This document shows, piece after piece, positions 24,375-36,940 of a stretch of DNA of 64,000 nt. The notes beneath the pieces were generated by a model. It was not told the DNA's origin and made no database searches. It saw only the letters and a list, made by a program, of their open reading frames with translations. The position numbers were made by a program, and so were the translations under genes. The DNA lies in assembly GCA_030390025.1 (NCBI GenBank), contig CM059431.1:141176001-141240000 (forward strand). The letters are read 5' to 3'. How positions within the stretch are numbered: position 1 is the stretch's first letter; the number at the start of each line of letters is the position of its first letter. This stretch comes from Squalus acanthias. Its lineage: Eukaryota.

Positions 24375-24670
24375 AGGGGCAACAATAGTACAGGAGGATC
24401 CCGATCACCACTAGTGTACGTATAAGGGCACCACCAGTACAGGAGGATCACGGTCACTTCTAGTGTAAGTATAGGGCTGCCACTAGTACAGTAGGAGCCG
24501 TGTCACCTCTAGTGTAAGTGTCGGGGCACCACTGGTACCGGAGTAGCCCATTCACCTCTCGTTTATGTGTAGGGTTACCACTAGTACAGGAGGAGCCCGG
24601 TCACCTCTAGTCTAAGTGTAGGGGTAGCTCTAGTTCCAGAGGAGCACGTACCGAAGGAGTCCGGTCAGAT
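24375..24670. repeat. Inverted, degenerate copy of the 48-bp minisatellite
   Basis: Units such as tagtacaggaggagcccggtcacctctagtctaagtgtagggg are the reverse complement of the 12.4-14.3 kb unit. Confidence 0.8.
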
Positions 24671-24751
24671 CTAGTGCTGCCAGATTGTGTTCATCACCAG
24701 TATTGCAAGATGTGTTTCACTGCCTCTTCTGGAGAAGTTGGGGCACAAGGA

Positions 24752-26217
24752 TGTAAGGGTTTTGACCCGTGTGGCTCTGTGCTCAGCCTGGGTGCTAGTG
24801 CGAGGTTAGGCCTTGTTGCCTGTTCTGGTCTCCAGCCAGTCTGGGAGCACTAGACACCTGTGAGTGGTTCGACCCACTCGCCCTTACGGTTCTGACACTG
24901 GACTTAGATGCGAGAGCAATAATGGAGAGAAAACTCAGGTAGACCCGGTTGAATAGTGCGAAATGGAAAATCTTTATTGCATATTATTCAAGATTACGAA
25001 ATACATGTCATAAGCACAGATTAATGACAGTACAATCTTACACGCAGTTATGTAACTGACTTTAGGGAAACGAGGAACGAACGACACATCGTAAATGGGG
25101 GCACACATTACAATTATCCTTAAACTTAAACCCTCCCCTATCAATACCTGCTCTAAACTAGATTTGTAGGATCGAGACTCATGCTCACCACTCGTGATAA
25201 CTCGGAGAATTCCGAAAACTTTGCTCGGATGTTTTTACCGCAGCACCTGATCACCCAAGTGTTGATCAGGGGTCTCTGTACCCCACTTGTTTACTCGTTT
25301 CTGCTCCGGCTAGCAGGCTGGACCGTCTGCTGTCATGAAGATCTGTGTTGTCTTCGGAGTTCCGACACTGCTCAAAGAAGAGTCTTCCTGTGCCCTCGCC
25401 CTGATGCGATAAAATTCGAAGAATAGTCTTCCGATGCCAGTTCTGTAAAACTCAAAAGATAGTCTTCCTGGGCAAGGAAAGTGTCTATTCGACCTACAGG
25501 CGCGGTCGGGGCTTACTGACCGTGGCGATACGTATGGTCGTCTTCTTCTATTCTCATCTCATCTCATCTCATCTCATCTCGGGCCTTCGGTTCCAACACC
25601 GTTTACCGACTTCTCGGGATGGTGTGCCCATTTCAAGGCTTCACAGCCCGGTTCCACACAGATCTTCGTGGCAAGCCACGAGGCTGAGCTCGGCGGATCA
25701 GAAAGTTCGATAGTCTTTAAAAGCTGCAAGCGGCAGAGACACGATGCAAGCGGCAAGAGGCAGGAGAATAAGAGAGATGGACGGTTGTAGGTTTTCAGTT
25801 ATAGTGCTCCAACTCTTCTTTTCCCGCCCAACCTTAATGTCTTTTCTTTTGTTAGGGTTTTGGCGCTCAAATTTCTTGTATAGGGTGATCTCCGTTTTAA
25901 TGGGTTTCGGGGATACTCGTAACTGTCTGAGTACCTGTTAATACTTTTCCCAATGTGTAACCGGTCGGTATTATCCCTGGAGGGGTTTTGGGGCTTCCAA
26001 ATGTTTCTGTAACTACCCGCAAACGGCTCTCTCATCGTAGAGTCGTGGGGATTTTGCATATTAATGTCTTTGGATGGGTTCTTGATTGCTTGGTAGAATA
26101 GCCGTTATTCGCACCTGGGAGACCCATTCCAGTACTTATGTGTATACTGCAAACCCATAATGTCTCGTGTATTATCTCAAATGTGCTGAGTCTTGATCGA
26201 TCTCGCACAAATGTACA
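24752..26217 (-). mobile_element. Solo LTR (1466 bp) with 4-bp TSD
   Basis: Termini TGTA...TACA; AGGA duplicated at 24748-24751 and 26218-26221. The paralogous site at about 6850 is empty. Strand inferred only from a minus-strand AATAAA near 24975. Confidence 0.8.
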
Positions 26218-26476
26218 AGGAGTGTATCATGGGCATGGTCAAGACGATTATTCCCTGGTGAGCTGCCTTCCCCAGTGCTGTAGGAATAGGGTCAGCACTG
26301 TTACTGGGATATTTCACTTTCCACTTGTGAACAATGCTTTAGTTTTTGAAACTGTCCCAGAACAATTTCAGCTGTTTCTCTTAATCTGACGAATCAGACA
26401 AATAAACAACTTTTCTGATTCTATTTGTTAAATGACTGTAACTAATTCTAATTAAGAGTAAAACTGATTGACTCCC

Positions 26477-27366
26477 GAGGAAACTGCGGCCTTTACAAGT
26501 GCATCTCTGTCTACATGGTGGGCATGGCAACAGCAGATCTACTGGTCATGAACTTCAATGTAATGGTGTATCATATTTTCATTTATCACTTTCCACTATC
26601 ATTCCTGTCCCACACTCCCGTCTGTAAGTTCATTCTATACATCACTGCTGTCAGCCTCGAATTGTCTGTTTGGTTCACCGTCTCCTTCACATTTGACCGA
26701 TGTGTAGTTATCTGCTGCCAGAAGTTTAAAACAAAGTATTGGACCGCGAGAACTGCGGTCGCAGTTATAACAACGTTCTCGGTTCTGATCTTGTTAAATA
26801 ACACCCCATTGATGTTTGCATATGAACCTCAGCAAATAATTAACAAGGTGCAGTGGGGCTGCCGGTCAAGTGTGGTCTTCTTTACCTCATCTCCAGGTGC
26901 AGCGTACTTCTGCTTTCACACAGTCTGGCTAGTTTGGCTTCCTTTTACTTTAATCACCTTGTGTAATTCTTTGACAATCAGACGTATTTTAGTGGCCAGC
27001 AGAGCCCGCAGGGGACTCCGTACTCAGAGGAGTGAGAATCAACGTGATCCAGAGATGGAGAACCGAAGGAAATTCATCATTTTACTCTTCACTATATCGG
27101 GCAGTTTTGTACTGTTGTGGCTGACAGCTGTAGTGAGTTTTGTAACTACCGGACTGACAAACATCAATTATTACCGAGGTGACCGCACAGACCCTGGATG
27201 TATCGCCACTGAAACCGGAGCCATGCTGAAGCTTTTGAGTTCCTGTATAAACCCGTGTATTTATGCAGCGACCCAGAGGAAATTCAGAGAAGAGCTGAAG
27301 AATGTGATGAAATCTCCCTGGACACTGATTCTAAGATTGGTTAAAAATAAAAGAAATACGAGCTAG
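26477..27366 (+). pseudogene. gpr139-like: GPR139-like GPCR paralog with 5' deletion (no exon 1, no TM1); residual 283-aa ORF 26515-27366 intact
   Basis: High similarity to copy 1 (FTFDRC, NPCIY). Upstream sequence matches the copy-1 promoter up to gactccc, then jumps to gaggaaactgc inside exon 2. Confidence 0.85.
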
Positions 27367-27764
27367 AGCTCCCTTTGGAACATCAGAATTCACTTTTAGC
27401 TCCTATTCTAGCTTAGACTGGGGTTCTCAATCCTTACAGCTTCACCAAGATGGTTCTTGTAAAATCTCCGAGGTACGTGACTATATCTGTGCCCCCTGTG
27501 GCATTTAACCCAACATTGACCTTGGGTTTGCACAATTCATTAACTGATGATTCCTGTCCAATAAGGACATTCCGCCTTAAGTATGAAAAGTGTCAGTGAT
27601 GAAGGAAGTTTAATTATGGAATAGAATATTTGATCAACGGGTTTAATATCTGACAGAGCGCGGACTGTAATTTTACTCTACCGTGTAATTGATAGGAATA
27701 TCCGCCAGATTTAGGATAAGATTCGATGGTTTAGAACTCCTGGTGACCTTACTTTTTCTCGCAG

Positions 27765-28000
27765 GGTTGCTGAAAGTGTTGCTTGGACTGATTGAAGCTG
27801 CACCGACCGCCTCATCCCGTCTCCTGGGAATAAGGAGCGGTGCCGCTGGCTCCTTCACAGTGTCGCGATGTTTCACCATTTTATGAATGTTAACTGAAGT
27901 TGCCTCGTTTTACCCGTTTTTTTTCTGATGTCTCTATTACTGAGAAATAATCGAAGGTTGTCCAGCAACACTAAAATAAAGCTTTTATTTGTTTTTACGA
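27765..28000 (+). other. Putative spliced 3' UTR terminal exon of GPCR copy 2
   Basis: Donor AG|GTACG at 27473, acceptor tttttctcgcag ending 27764, AATAAA at 27975-27980. Confidence 0.5.
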
Positions 28001-29154
28001 AATTTGTCACAGGGAACCTGACAGCAGTTAATCTGAATCAGCGACCTGGTTACACAACTAAAGCTGTCTAAGAATTTCTAATATCCTAAATAATAGGGGA
28101 AGTTAATTCAACGATCTGTACAATGTAATAGTCGTGTATTGAGCTGGAACAATCCTCTGCCTGTGTTTGCACACAGACAATAATACATAAAACCCCCTGC
28201 CTTTTACCAACTGTTGTTGACCGGGTATCCCCAGTGCAAGGCGGTGTATTGGGAGCTCCGTCCGGCCCCACTGCGGACCTGGGTTTGAGAGCGTTGTTTG
28301 GTGCAAAGACATCAGATGAAAACTTGTTCAAATTAATTAACATTTTTTACGCCCTCCTGTTGTGTCTCAGCTGAAACTGTTTTCCAATATAAGCAGCGGA
28401 GTTTGGGTTAGTGATTGGAAGATGTGGAGGAGAGGCTGCCCCTGCGATTGGTCAAATCCACCGTTCACACTGCAGGATGTGTAAGATCAGCAGAGGAGAT
28501 GTCGCGGACTGCTTCCACTGGTCTGATCTTCACTATACCCGGTTACACATAGAATACAACCAGAGCAGTGTCCACTCCATCTTTAGACGCTTTCTCTGAT
28601 TGATGGACATCGCATATATTGTTTAATCTGTTGGTTGAAATTTCCTTTAACATTTATTGGTTGGAATGTGTTTTATTTTTCACAGCCTTTTTTTGCGCTT
28701 TCTCTCATCTACCGACTGCCTGTAGTTCTCCTGATGACGTTGTTTTGCGCCCAGTGCGGGAATTTCCCGACCTGAACCCAAGCAGAGAGAAGGGGCGGTG
28801 ATAGTTCAGGTTAGAGCTCTTACGTTGCCTGTCTATAATGGGCTCGGGTCCACAAGTAAAACAGTAACTGAGCCCGGGGTTATGCTAAAGAGTTCCTAAT
28901 TGTTACACGAGTCGGCCTTGCATGGTATCTCTAATCTTCCGATGTTCAGGTCATTATTTATTCCTCAACAAACAGAATTACAACAGATCATTGAGGGTGC
29001 AATTGGACACGGAAAGGGGCGCAAACCAGACGAATCGCATTTGCCGACCTTTATACGACAAGCCCGATATTCAGTTCGATTGAATATCGGGCGCAGCGTA
29101 TAACAGGCGATCGATGTGATACCGATCGTTTCGTGTCCCCAGTCCATGCGCAAT

Positions 29155-29325
29155 TGTGTCTTATCTGGTCATTTATCTTATTGTTGTTTTTGGGATTTGC
29201 TGTGAGAAAATTGTCTTCTGCATTTCCTCACATTACTGCAGTGACTACACTTTAAAAGTACTTTGTTAGCTGTGAGGCGCGTTAGGGCGTCCTGAGGTTT
29301 TGAAAGGCGCTATATAAATGCAAGG
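29155..29325 (+). mobile_element. 3' part of a Deu-SINE
   Basis: Matches the tails at about 1250-1400 and 56960-57130 (...gaaaggcgctatataaatgcaag). Confidence 0.7.
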
Positions 29326-29984
29326 GGTAGAAACTCGACTTGTGCAGTAAGGCAGAATCACATCGCTTCCTGTTATAGGCACCGCCCAATATTCAGTTCC
29401 ATAGCAGCGGATAACAAGCGAGCGATGCGATGCTGTCGGTTGGGCCTCTCTTCTCAGGGCTCTGTTCAACCCAATTTCTTTATTTCCAGCCAAACCTCCA
29501 GGTCTAGTTGTTAGGATCAGCGACCCCAATTTAAACTGTTTTAAACACAATTTCTAAAGTTAGTTATCGATACATTTGGGTTTGGTGGAATCTGAATATT
29601 CTGAAACTAAAGTCATTTTCAATTTCGGACTGAGCTGAAATCTGTCTGGAGCGGACTGTCTGACAGTCATACACCCGGCCGAATGTCCCTTCCACTGACT
29701 ATAAGGAAAAAGACAATTAGGCGGGTGTAAAATATCCTACCGGCAGTTTACGCCCCATTGAAGTTTGAAAGTTCACCTGAACCTATGGCTTATTTGGCAG
29801 AATTAAATAAAGCGGAGGGAAGTTCAGTAGATACGGAGTTATTATCTTGTTCCATATATTTCGAATACTAATGATAAAGTGCCGACACTGGTGAAGTAGC
29901 CAACAATTCTTTCAAGATTCTGCTAGCAGAGTCAGCTGGGCAGTGACAGCATTTGGATTGTGGGTCAGTTTTCAGTTCCTGTAG

Positions 29985-30175
29985 CTGAGTCATGGAATAT
30001 ATTCAATGCTGAGATAAACAGATTTTTGAGCAACAGGGGAGACAAGGGTTATGGGGAGCGGGCAGGACAGTGGAGCTGAGGCCAAAATCGGATCAGCCAT
30101 GATCTCATTAAATGGCGGAGCGTGCTCGAGGGGCCGAATGGCCTACTCCTGCTCCTATTTCTTATTTTCTCATGT
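29985..30175 (+). mobile_element. Short CR1 3' end
   Basis: gatcagccatgatctcattaaatggcggagc...ctcctgctcctatttctta; absent from the left arm. Confidence 0.85.
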
Positions 30176-30974
30176 ACTTCCGTAAACCTAGTCTCTCATA
30201 AACTCTTAGACGCAGCAACAGATTTAAATGTTTGCTATACATCTATTGCATAATGAGGTAGAAAGAAAGACTGGAATAGTTGGGGTGTAACTAGCGCGAA
30301 GTTTTCCATTGTGTATCTGTAAGTCGGAACACGATGATCGCGTGGGATGTGTTTTTATAACAGTGCAGAGAGTTCTGTGGTTGTATACTGTTAGTGGAGG
30401 ATTACAGAGCTCCGTCCTGAGTCTGACGGCTGCCCTTAACATCGGAATCTGCCACTTGTTCCAATCAATGCTAGAAGAATCTAAAGGGATTCTCCTTGGC
30501 CGGAATTAAATACAATTTGCGTTAGATTAAAGATACAAAGCAATGCCCAGAGCTGATGTCCACAAATCTAATGATCGCGATAAAACAAGAAGCATATGTA
30601 TTAGCGATGTATTTGTTATCCTTGAAATACAAAAATTAAACAAAACTGCTGAACAAACAAACTGCAAGGAGTGCAAGATGGAGGAGTTCCTGAATATTAT
30701 TGGTGACACGGCACAGAGCCGGCTGAGCGCTGCACCCATTGGCTGTAAGTGTCTGAGGTATGACGACCAGATTCACCTCTGAAAGCCCCACTACGTCATC
30801 ATAAGCCCCTACACCAGGCTGTGGCGCTCTTCACGATGGGCCGCAGGAAGTGAGGCCGCGTTCATATTGACTGCAATAGAGCTGAATATCCGGTGCTGCG
30901 TATAACGGCGGCCGATCCGATACCGCCCGCATTGTGCCACCGCCCTAGTCGAATTTCCGGGACTAATTGTGCGA

Positions 30975-31320
30975 TTATAAATATATTTAATTTGAATATA
31001 TTTACCTTTAATGGCAATTGGTTGAATTACTTTCTTTAATATTAAATTGTTCTTTTCTTTCCTTGCCCCTATTTATAGGGACTGAACTCACTCACAATAT
31101 CTGCCAACTACAGCTCCGCCCACAGTAACACATCACTGATGGAGCATAACCAGGGGCGGAAGCCTGTTTCCAGGTGATATCACAAAGGAGCCAGGAGCCA
31201 ATCATACAGCAGCCAGTAACAATGTTACAAAGCTGCCGGAGCTCCGCCCAGTCGAGGTGTCACAGGGTCACATGACCATGCTCAGCTCGTTGTGTGCAGT
31301 TTCACTGGGGATGAACACAT
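30975..31320. promoter_or_regulatory. Promoter-like cassette, copy A
   Basis: GC boxes, GGCGGAAG (ETS-like), AGCCAATCA (NF-Y), GTCACATGAC (E-box) and a minus-strand donor GTGAGT. Repeated at about 32755 and 43905. Confidence 0.45.
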
Positions 31321-31734
31321 GTTGTACATTCAGCAGTGTCTCCGAACCGTTCCCATCTACTGAGACCCTAAGGCAGGGAGCGCAAACCCGCAAAACTGCC
31401 ACTTACGAATTATTCGTCCCATCCTCCAAATATGAGCACCCACTATTCAATGACCCAAACGTCCACCTTTTGATTTATACACCCCCAAAGACCCCCTCGC
31501 GTAGTATCTGGCAGTGCCTCTTCCTCATGCCTTTGCAATGAAATGCAATTTGAGATAATAGTGCTTCGATGAAGATATAACAATCACCTCTCTGTTCTAA
31601 CACCAATCTATTCCCTGTAACAGGAGGGAGCGTCAGAAGCACATTGTAGGGCTCATCAGGGGTATCAATGGGAGGGGACATACGTGCAATAATTCGAGGG
31701 GAAATCATGGGCAATAATATTTTAAACCTCCGTG

Positions 31735-32270
31735 TATAGTGTCCCATCAGACACTCGCAGTTCATAACGGCACGAGATACATGCAGAGTAAAAATACCTC
31801 TACACGATCCCATTAAACATTCCCAGCTCAGATACAGCATGGTACACATGCAGTGTAAAGCATATTTAAACTGTACATCAATCACTCCCACCTCAGGTCC
31901 AGCATTGGGTAGATACTGATTAAAGCTCCATCTACACTGTCCCATCAAACACTCCCAGAAAAAGTACAGCATGGGTCAGATACAGAGTGAATCTCGCTCG
32001 ACACTCTTCAATGAACCCTCACAGAGCAGGTACAGCACGGGTCAGATACAGAGTAGAGCTCCCTCGACACTATTCCATCAATCTCACAGGGCAGATACAG
32101 CACGGGTTAACAACAGAGTAAATCTCCCTCTACACTGTCCCATCGAAAACCCTCAGGTCAAGCAGACAGGGGTTAGATAAAATGTAAATCTCACTTTATA
32201 GTCGTTCGTCAAGCAAAGTTAATTCAGATACGGCGAGCGTTTAATGCAGCTTACACCTCCTCTGACACTA
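31735..32270. repeat. About 67-bp degenerate tandem repeat (...tacactgtcccatcaaacactcccag..aggtacagcacgggt.agatacagagtaaagctccctc)
   Basis: About 7-8 recognisable units. Confidence 0.8.
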
Positions 32271-32754
32271 CCCAATGAAGGAAACCGTCTCAAGTGAAGC
32301 ATTGTATGATTACAGGTCAGACATCCCTGTAAATGTAATCACCACGCTCTCCTAGGTGAGGTATGGGCTAGCTTCACATACCAGTGAATCCCCAGTGAAA
32401 TTACCGCATCAAATGCCGAGTCTTTTGCAAGAAATTAAACAGCTCCCAAGAGCTTGTTAGACTCTTACCTTGAAAAAACCCTGTACTGATGGGATTCTCA
32501 GTGGAGCTCGTCACGTTTCCAATTACTGATGAAGCTTCCTGTTTTATCCCGTCTTTTTCAATGGGATTGTTGGCCCCAGCAGATCTGCACTGTGAAACCA
32601 GCGACCTTTCTCCAGTCACATTTAGTGTGGTGACGGTTCGATGTCGATCTCTCTTCTTTCATGAGATAATGCTCACTCCAAGAATCTTTTAATATAAAAA
32701 TGATTCATATTATTTCCAGAATCTGTTACTCGAAAACAATAGGACTAATTTTGC

Positions 32755-33105
32755 GACTTGCGATATTTATTTTGAACATATTTACAATTAATAACATTTG
32801 GTTGGTTTACTTATTTAATACTAAATTCTTCTTTTCCATCCTAGCCCCTATTTATGGGGACTGAACTCACTCACAATATCAGCTGCCAACTCCAGCTCCG
32901 CCCACATTAACACAGCACTGATGGAGCCAAACCAGCGGCGGAAACCTGTCTCGAGGTGACATCACAAAGGAGCCAGGAGCCAATCAGACAGCTGCCAGAA
33001 ACAATGTCACAAAGCAGCCGGAGCTCCGCCCCGTGGCGGTGTCACACAGGCACATGGCCATGCTCTGCTCCTGGTGCGCAGTCTCACTGGGGATGAACGC
33101 GGGTA
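32755..33105. promoter_or_regulatory. Promoter-like cassette, copy B
   Basis: Direct repeat of copy A retaining CTCCGCCC, TGACATCA and AGCCAATCA. Confidence 0.45.
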
Positions 33106-33107
33106 AT

Positions 33108-36100
33108 TACATAAGAACATAAGAAATAAGAGCAGGAGCAGGCCATATGACCCCTCGAGCCTGCTCCGCCATTCAATGAGATCATGGTTGATCATCGACC
33201 ACAAACTCTGGGGAGAGAGTCGGAATATGTTATTGAGATAGAGGATCAGCCATGATCATATTGAATGGAGGAGCAGGCTCGTAGGGCCGAATGGTCTACT
33301 CCTACTCCTATTTTTCTATGTTTCTATGTTTCTACCTCCACTTTCCCGCCCAATCCCCATATCCCTTGATTCCCCATGAGTCCAAAAATCTGTCTATCTC
33401 AGCCTTGAATATACTCAAAGATTCAGCATTCACTGCCCTCTGGGGCAGAGAATTCCAAAGATTCGCAACCCTCTGAGTGAGTAAATTCCTCCTCATCGCA
33501 GTCTTAACTGGCCTCCCCCTTATCCTGAGAAAATGGCCCCTAGTTCCAGACACACCAGCCTGGGGAAACGACCTCTCAGCTTCAACTCTGTCAATCCCCT
33601 TCAGAATATTGTATATTTCAATGAGATCACCTCTCATTCTTCTAAACTACAGAGAATATAGGCCCAATTAAAACAATCTCTCATCATTGGGCAGCCCTCT
33701 CATCCAAGGAATCAATCTAGTGAACCTTCGTTGCACCGCCTACAAGGCAAGTATATCCTTCCTTAGATAAGGAGACCAAAACTGTGCACAGTACTCCAGG
33801 TGTGGTCTCACCAAGACCCAGTACAATTTTAGTAAGACTTCCTTACTCTTATACTCCAACCTCCTTGCAATAAAGGCAAACATGCCATTTGCATTCCTTA
33901 TTGCTTGCTGTACCTGCATGCTGGCTTTCTGTGTTTCTTGCACGATGACACTCAAATCTCTCTGAACACTAACATTTGAAATGTTCTCACCATTTAAAAT
34001 AATATTCTGTTTTTCTATTCTTCCTACTAAAGTGAATAACGTCACATTTCCCTACATTATACTCGACCTGCACCTTACTTCCCACTCACTTAGTCGGTCT
34101 ATATCCCTTTGCAGACTCTTTGTGTTCTCCTCACAGCTTACTGTCCAACCTAGCTTTGCTTCATCAGCAAACTTGGAAACAGTACACTTGGTCCCGTCAT
34201 CTAGGTCATTAATATAAATTGTAAATAGCTGAGGCCCCAACACTGATCCTTGCGGCACGCCACTAATTACAGCCTGCCAACCTGAAAAAGATCCGTTTTT
34301 CCCTACTCTCTGTTTTCTGTCCATTAACCAATACTCTGCCCATGCTACTATATTACCCACAACCCCATGAGCCGTAATCTTGTGTAATAACCTTTTATGT
34401 GGCACCTTATCGATTGCCTTTTGGAAATCCAAATATACTACCTCCACTGGTTCCCCTTTATCAACCCTGCTAATTACATCCTCAAAAAACTCCAATAAAT
34501 TTGTCAAACACGATTTCCCTTTCATAAAACCACGTTGACTCTGCCTAATCATGTTATGATTTTCGAAGTGGCCTGATACCACTACCTTAATAATGGATTC
34601 CAGCATTTTCCCGACGACTGATGTCAGGCTAACTGGCCTGGAGTTCCCTGTTTTTCTCTCTCCCTCTTTTCTTCAATAGCGGTGTTATATTTGCGACATT
34701 CCAATCCGCTGTGACCATTTCTGAATATAGGGATTTTTTGTAAGATAAAAACCAATGCATCCACTATCTCTTCAGCCACTTCTTTTAGAACCCTGAGATG
34801 TAGGACGGAACGTCCAGGGGATTTGTCTGCTTTTAGTCCCATTAGTTTGTCTAGTACTTTTTCTCTACTTATATTAATTATGTTAAGTTCCTCACCCTGA
34901 TTAGACCCTTGTTTCCCACAATTTTGGTATGCTTTTTGTGTCTTCTACTGTGAAGACAGATGCAAAATATTTGTTTAATGTTCCTGCCATTTCCTTATTC
35001 CCCATAATAATTTGTCCTGTCTCAGCCTCTAAAAGACCAACGTTTACTTTTGCTACTCTCTTCCTTTTTACATACTTGTAGAAACTCTTAAAATCTGCTT
35101 TTATATTTCTTGCTAGTTTTCTCTCATATTGTATTATTTCCCTTTTTATCAATTTTTTGGTCAACCTTTACTGGTTTCTGAATCTCTCCCAATCCTTATG
35201 CTTACTATTATTCCGTGCAACATTATAAGCTTTTTCTTTCAATCTAATGCTATCTTAACTTCTTTAGTTAGCCGCGGTTGTATCACTTTTCCCGTGGAGT
35301 TCTTGTTTCTCAATGGAAAAGATTTTTGTTGAGAATTAGGAAATATGTATTTAAATGCTAGCCATTGCTTATTTCCGCTTTACCTTTTAATCTATTTTTT
35401 CAATCTACATTAGCCAATTGACCTCATGCCTATGTAATTTGCTTTATTTATGTTTAAGACTATGGTTTCGGACTTAGGCATGTCACTTACAATGGGCCAA
35501 AAATTCGGCTGAATACGGGAGAGTACACTTAGGTTTTTTTTCAGGTTTCAACGCGAAGGTAAGTATGGAAGATTTTGCATGATGAAGAAAGGAAGCATAA
35601 GACCCCCTTTTAACAAGGTAAGCAGTTAATTAAGTATTACTTTACATTTTTTTCAACAAGTTTATATTTTTTAGACAGTTTAAAGAAAAGTAAGTTTATT
35701 TTTATAACTTTTAAAAAGAATTAAAATTTTTGTTTAAAGTGGTTAACTTATTTAACTATCGTTATTTTATTAATGTAATGGGTGTTTTAAGAAAATTATT
35801 TGAGGTTTAGCTGTTCTTTTGGGGGCAATTTGTATTCATAGTTTTGACAGTTCTCCTGTCAAATCTATGAATGCAAGATGGTGTGCTGCCATTGACTCTC
35901 CATGGCCCACGTGATCCCAGAGGTCGCATCGAACTAACTGCGCCTCTGGGACACGCACACACTGTGCGCCGGCACCAGGGAGAGGCCCGGGACCCGAAGT
36001 TCATATGGGCACGAAACACAACGGCAGGCGCGGTAGGTAAGATCGCGCGCGATCCTTACCCCCGCGGCAAGCCTCCGAGTCAAATTTCTGGGCCAATATT

Positions 36101-36940
36101 AACGTGAAATTCTATCATATTATGATCACTCTGCCCCAGAAGATCCTTTAATATGAGATTGGTAATTATCCCTGTCTTATTACACAATACAAGATCTAAA
36201 ATAGCCTGTTCTCTGTTTGGTACCATTACATATTGTTCTAGGAAACTGTCACAAATACATTCCATGAACTCGACCTCCAGACTACCTTTGTCAATTTGAT
36301 TTGTCCAGTCTATATGAAGATTGAATTCGATCAAGATTATTGCATTACCTTTGTTGAAAGCTCTTACTATTTCTTGCTTAAAATTCTGCCCAATGGTATT
36401 GCTACTGTTACGGGGCCTCTATACTACACCTACCAGTGTTTTCTGCCCCTTGTTATTCCTTATCTCCACCCATGCTGATTCTACTTCCTGATCTTCCGAG
36501 CCGAGGTTCTTTCTCGCTACTGTCCTTTTGTCATCCTTTATTATCAGGGCTACTCCCCCTCCTTTTCCATTCTACCTGTCTTTGCGAAACGTCAAGTACC
36601 CTGGAACATTTAGTTCCCATCCTTGGCCACCTTGCAACCATGTCTCTGTAATGGCTATTCGATCAAACCCATTTATCTCTATTTGTGCCACTCGCTCGTC
36701 TAACTTTTTATGAATGCTTCGTGCATTCAGATGAAGATCCTTTAATTTTTGTTTTACATTTATTCCCTGCTTTGACCTTATTTCCTGCTGCACTGCTACC
36801 ATTAAACTCTCTGTCCCTTCCTGTCACACTCTGCTTATTATTACCCAAATCGCTACACTGCTCTATTGGCCTGAACTTTCTGTTAAGATTTCTAAATCTT
36901 CCCTCACCTGACCCAGTCTCCAATCCCGCTCCCATGCACT
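33108..36940 (-). mobile_element. CR1 LINE (whole ORF2, decayed) with a nested MITE and a small opposite-strand CR1 3' end (about 33210-33333)
   Basis: HLNARSIH, YLDFQKAIDKVPH, GVPQGSVLGP and LVRPHLEYC; reverse tail acataagaacataagaa at about 33109. Confidence 0.92.
35494..36095. mobile_element. MITE-like non-autonomous DNA element (GGGCC termini)
   Basis: Interrupts the CR1. Ends gggccaaaaattcggc and caaatttctgggcc. A reverse-complement homolog lies at 41675-42398. Confidence 0.7.

Larger units (their letters stand above)
24375..30660 (+). repeat. Right arm of the inverted segmental duplication (GPCR unit)
   Basis: Reverse-complement match to 2855-6930 plus the 48-bp array. Carries its own LTR, SINE and CR1 insertions. 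Confidence 0.9.
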
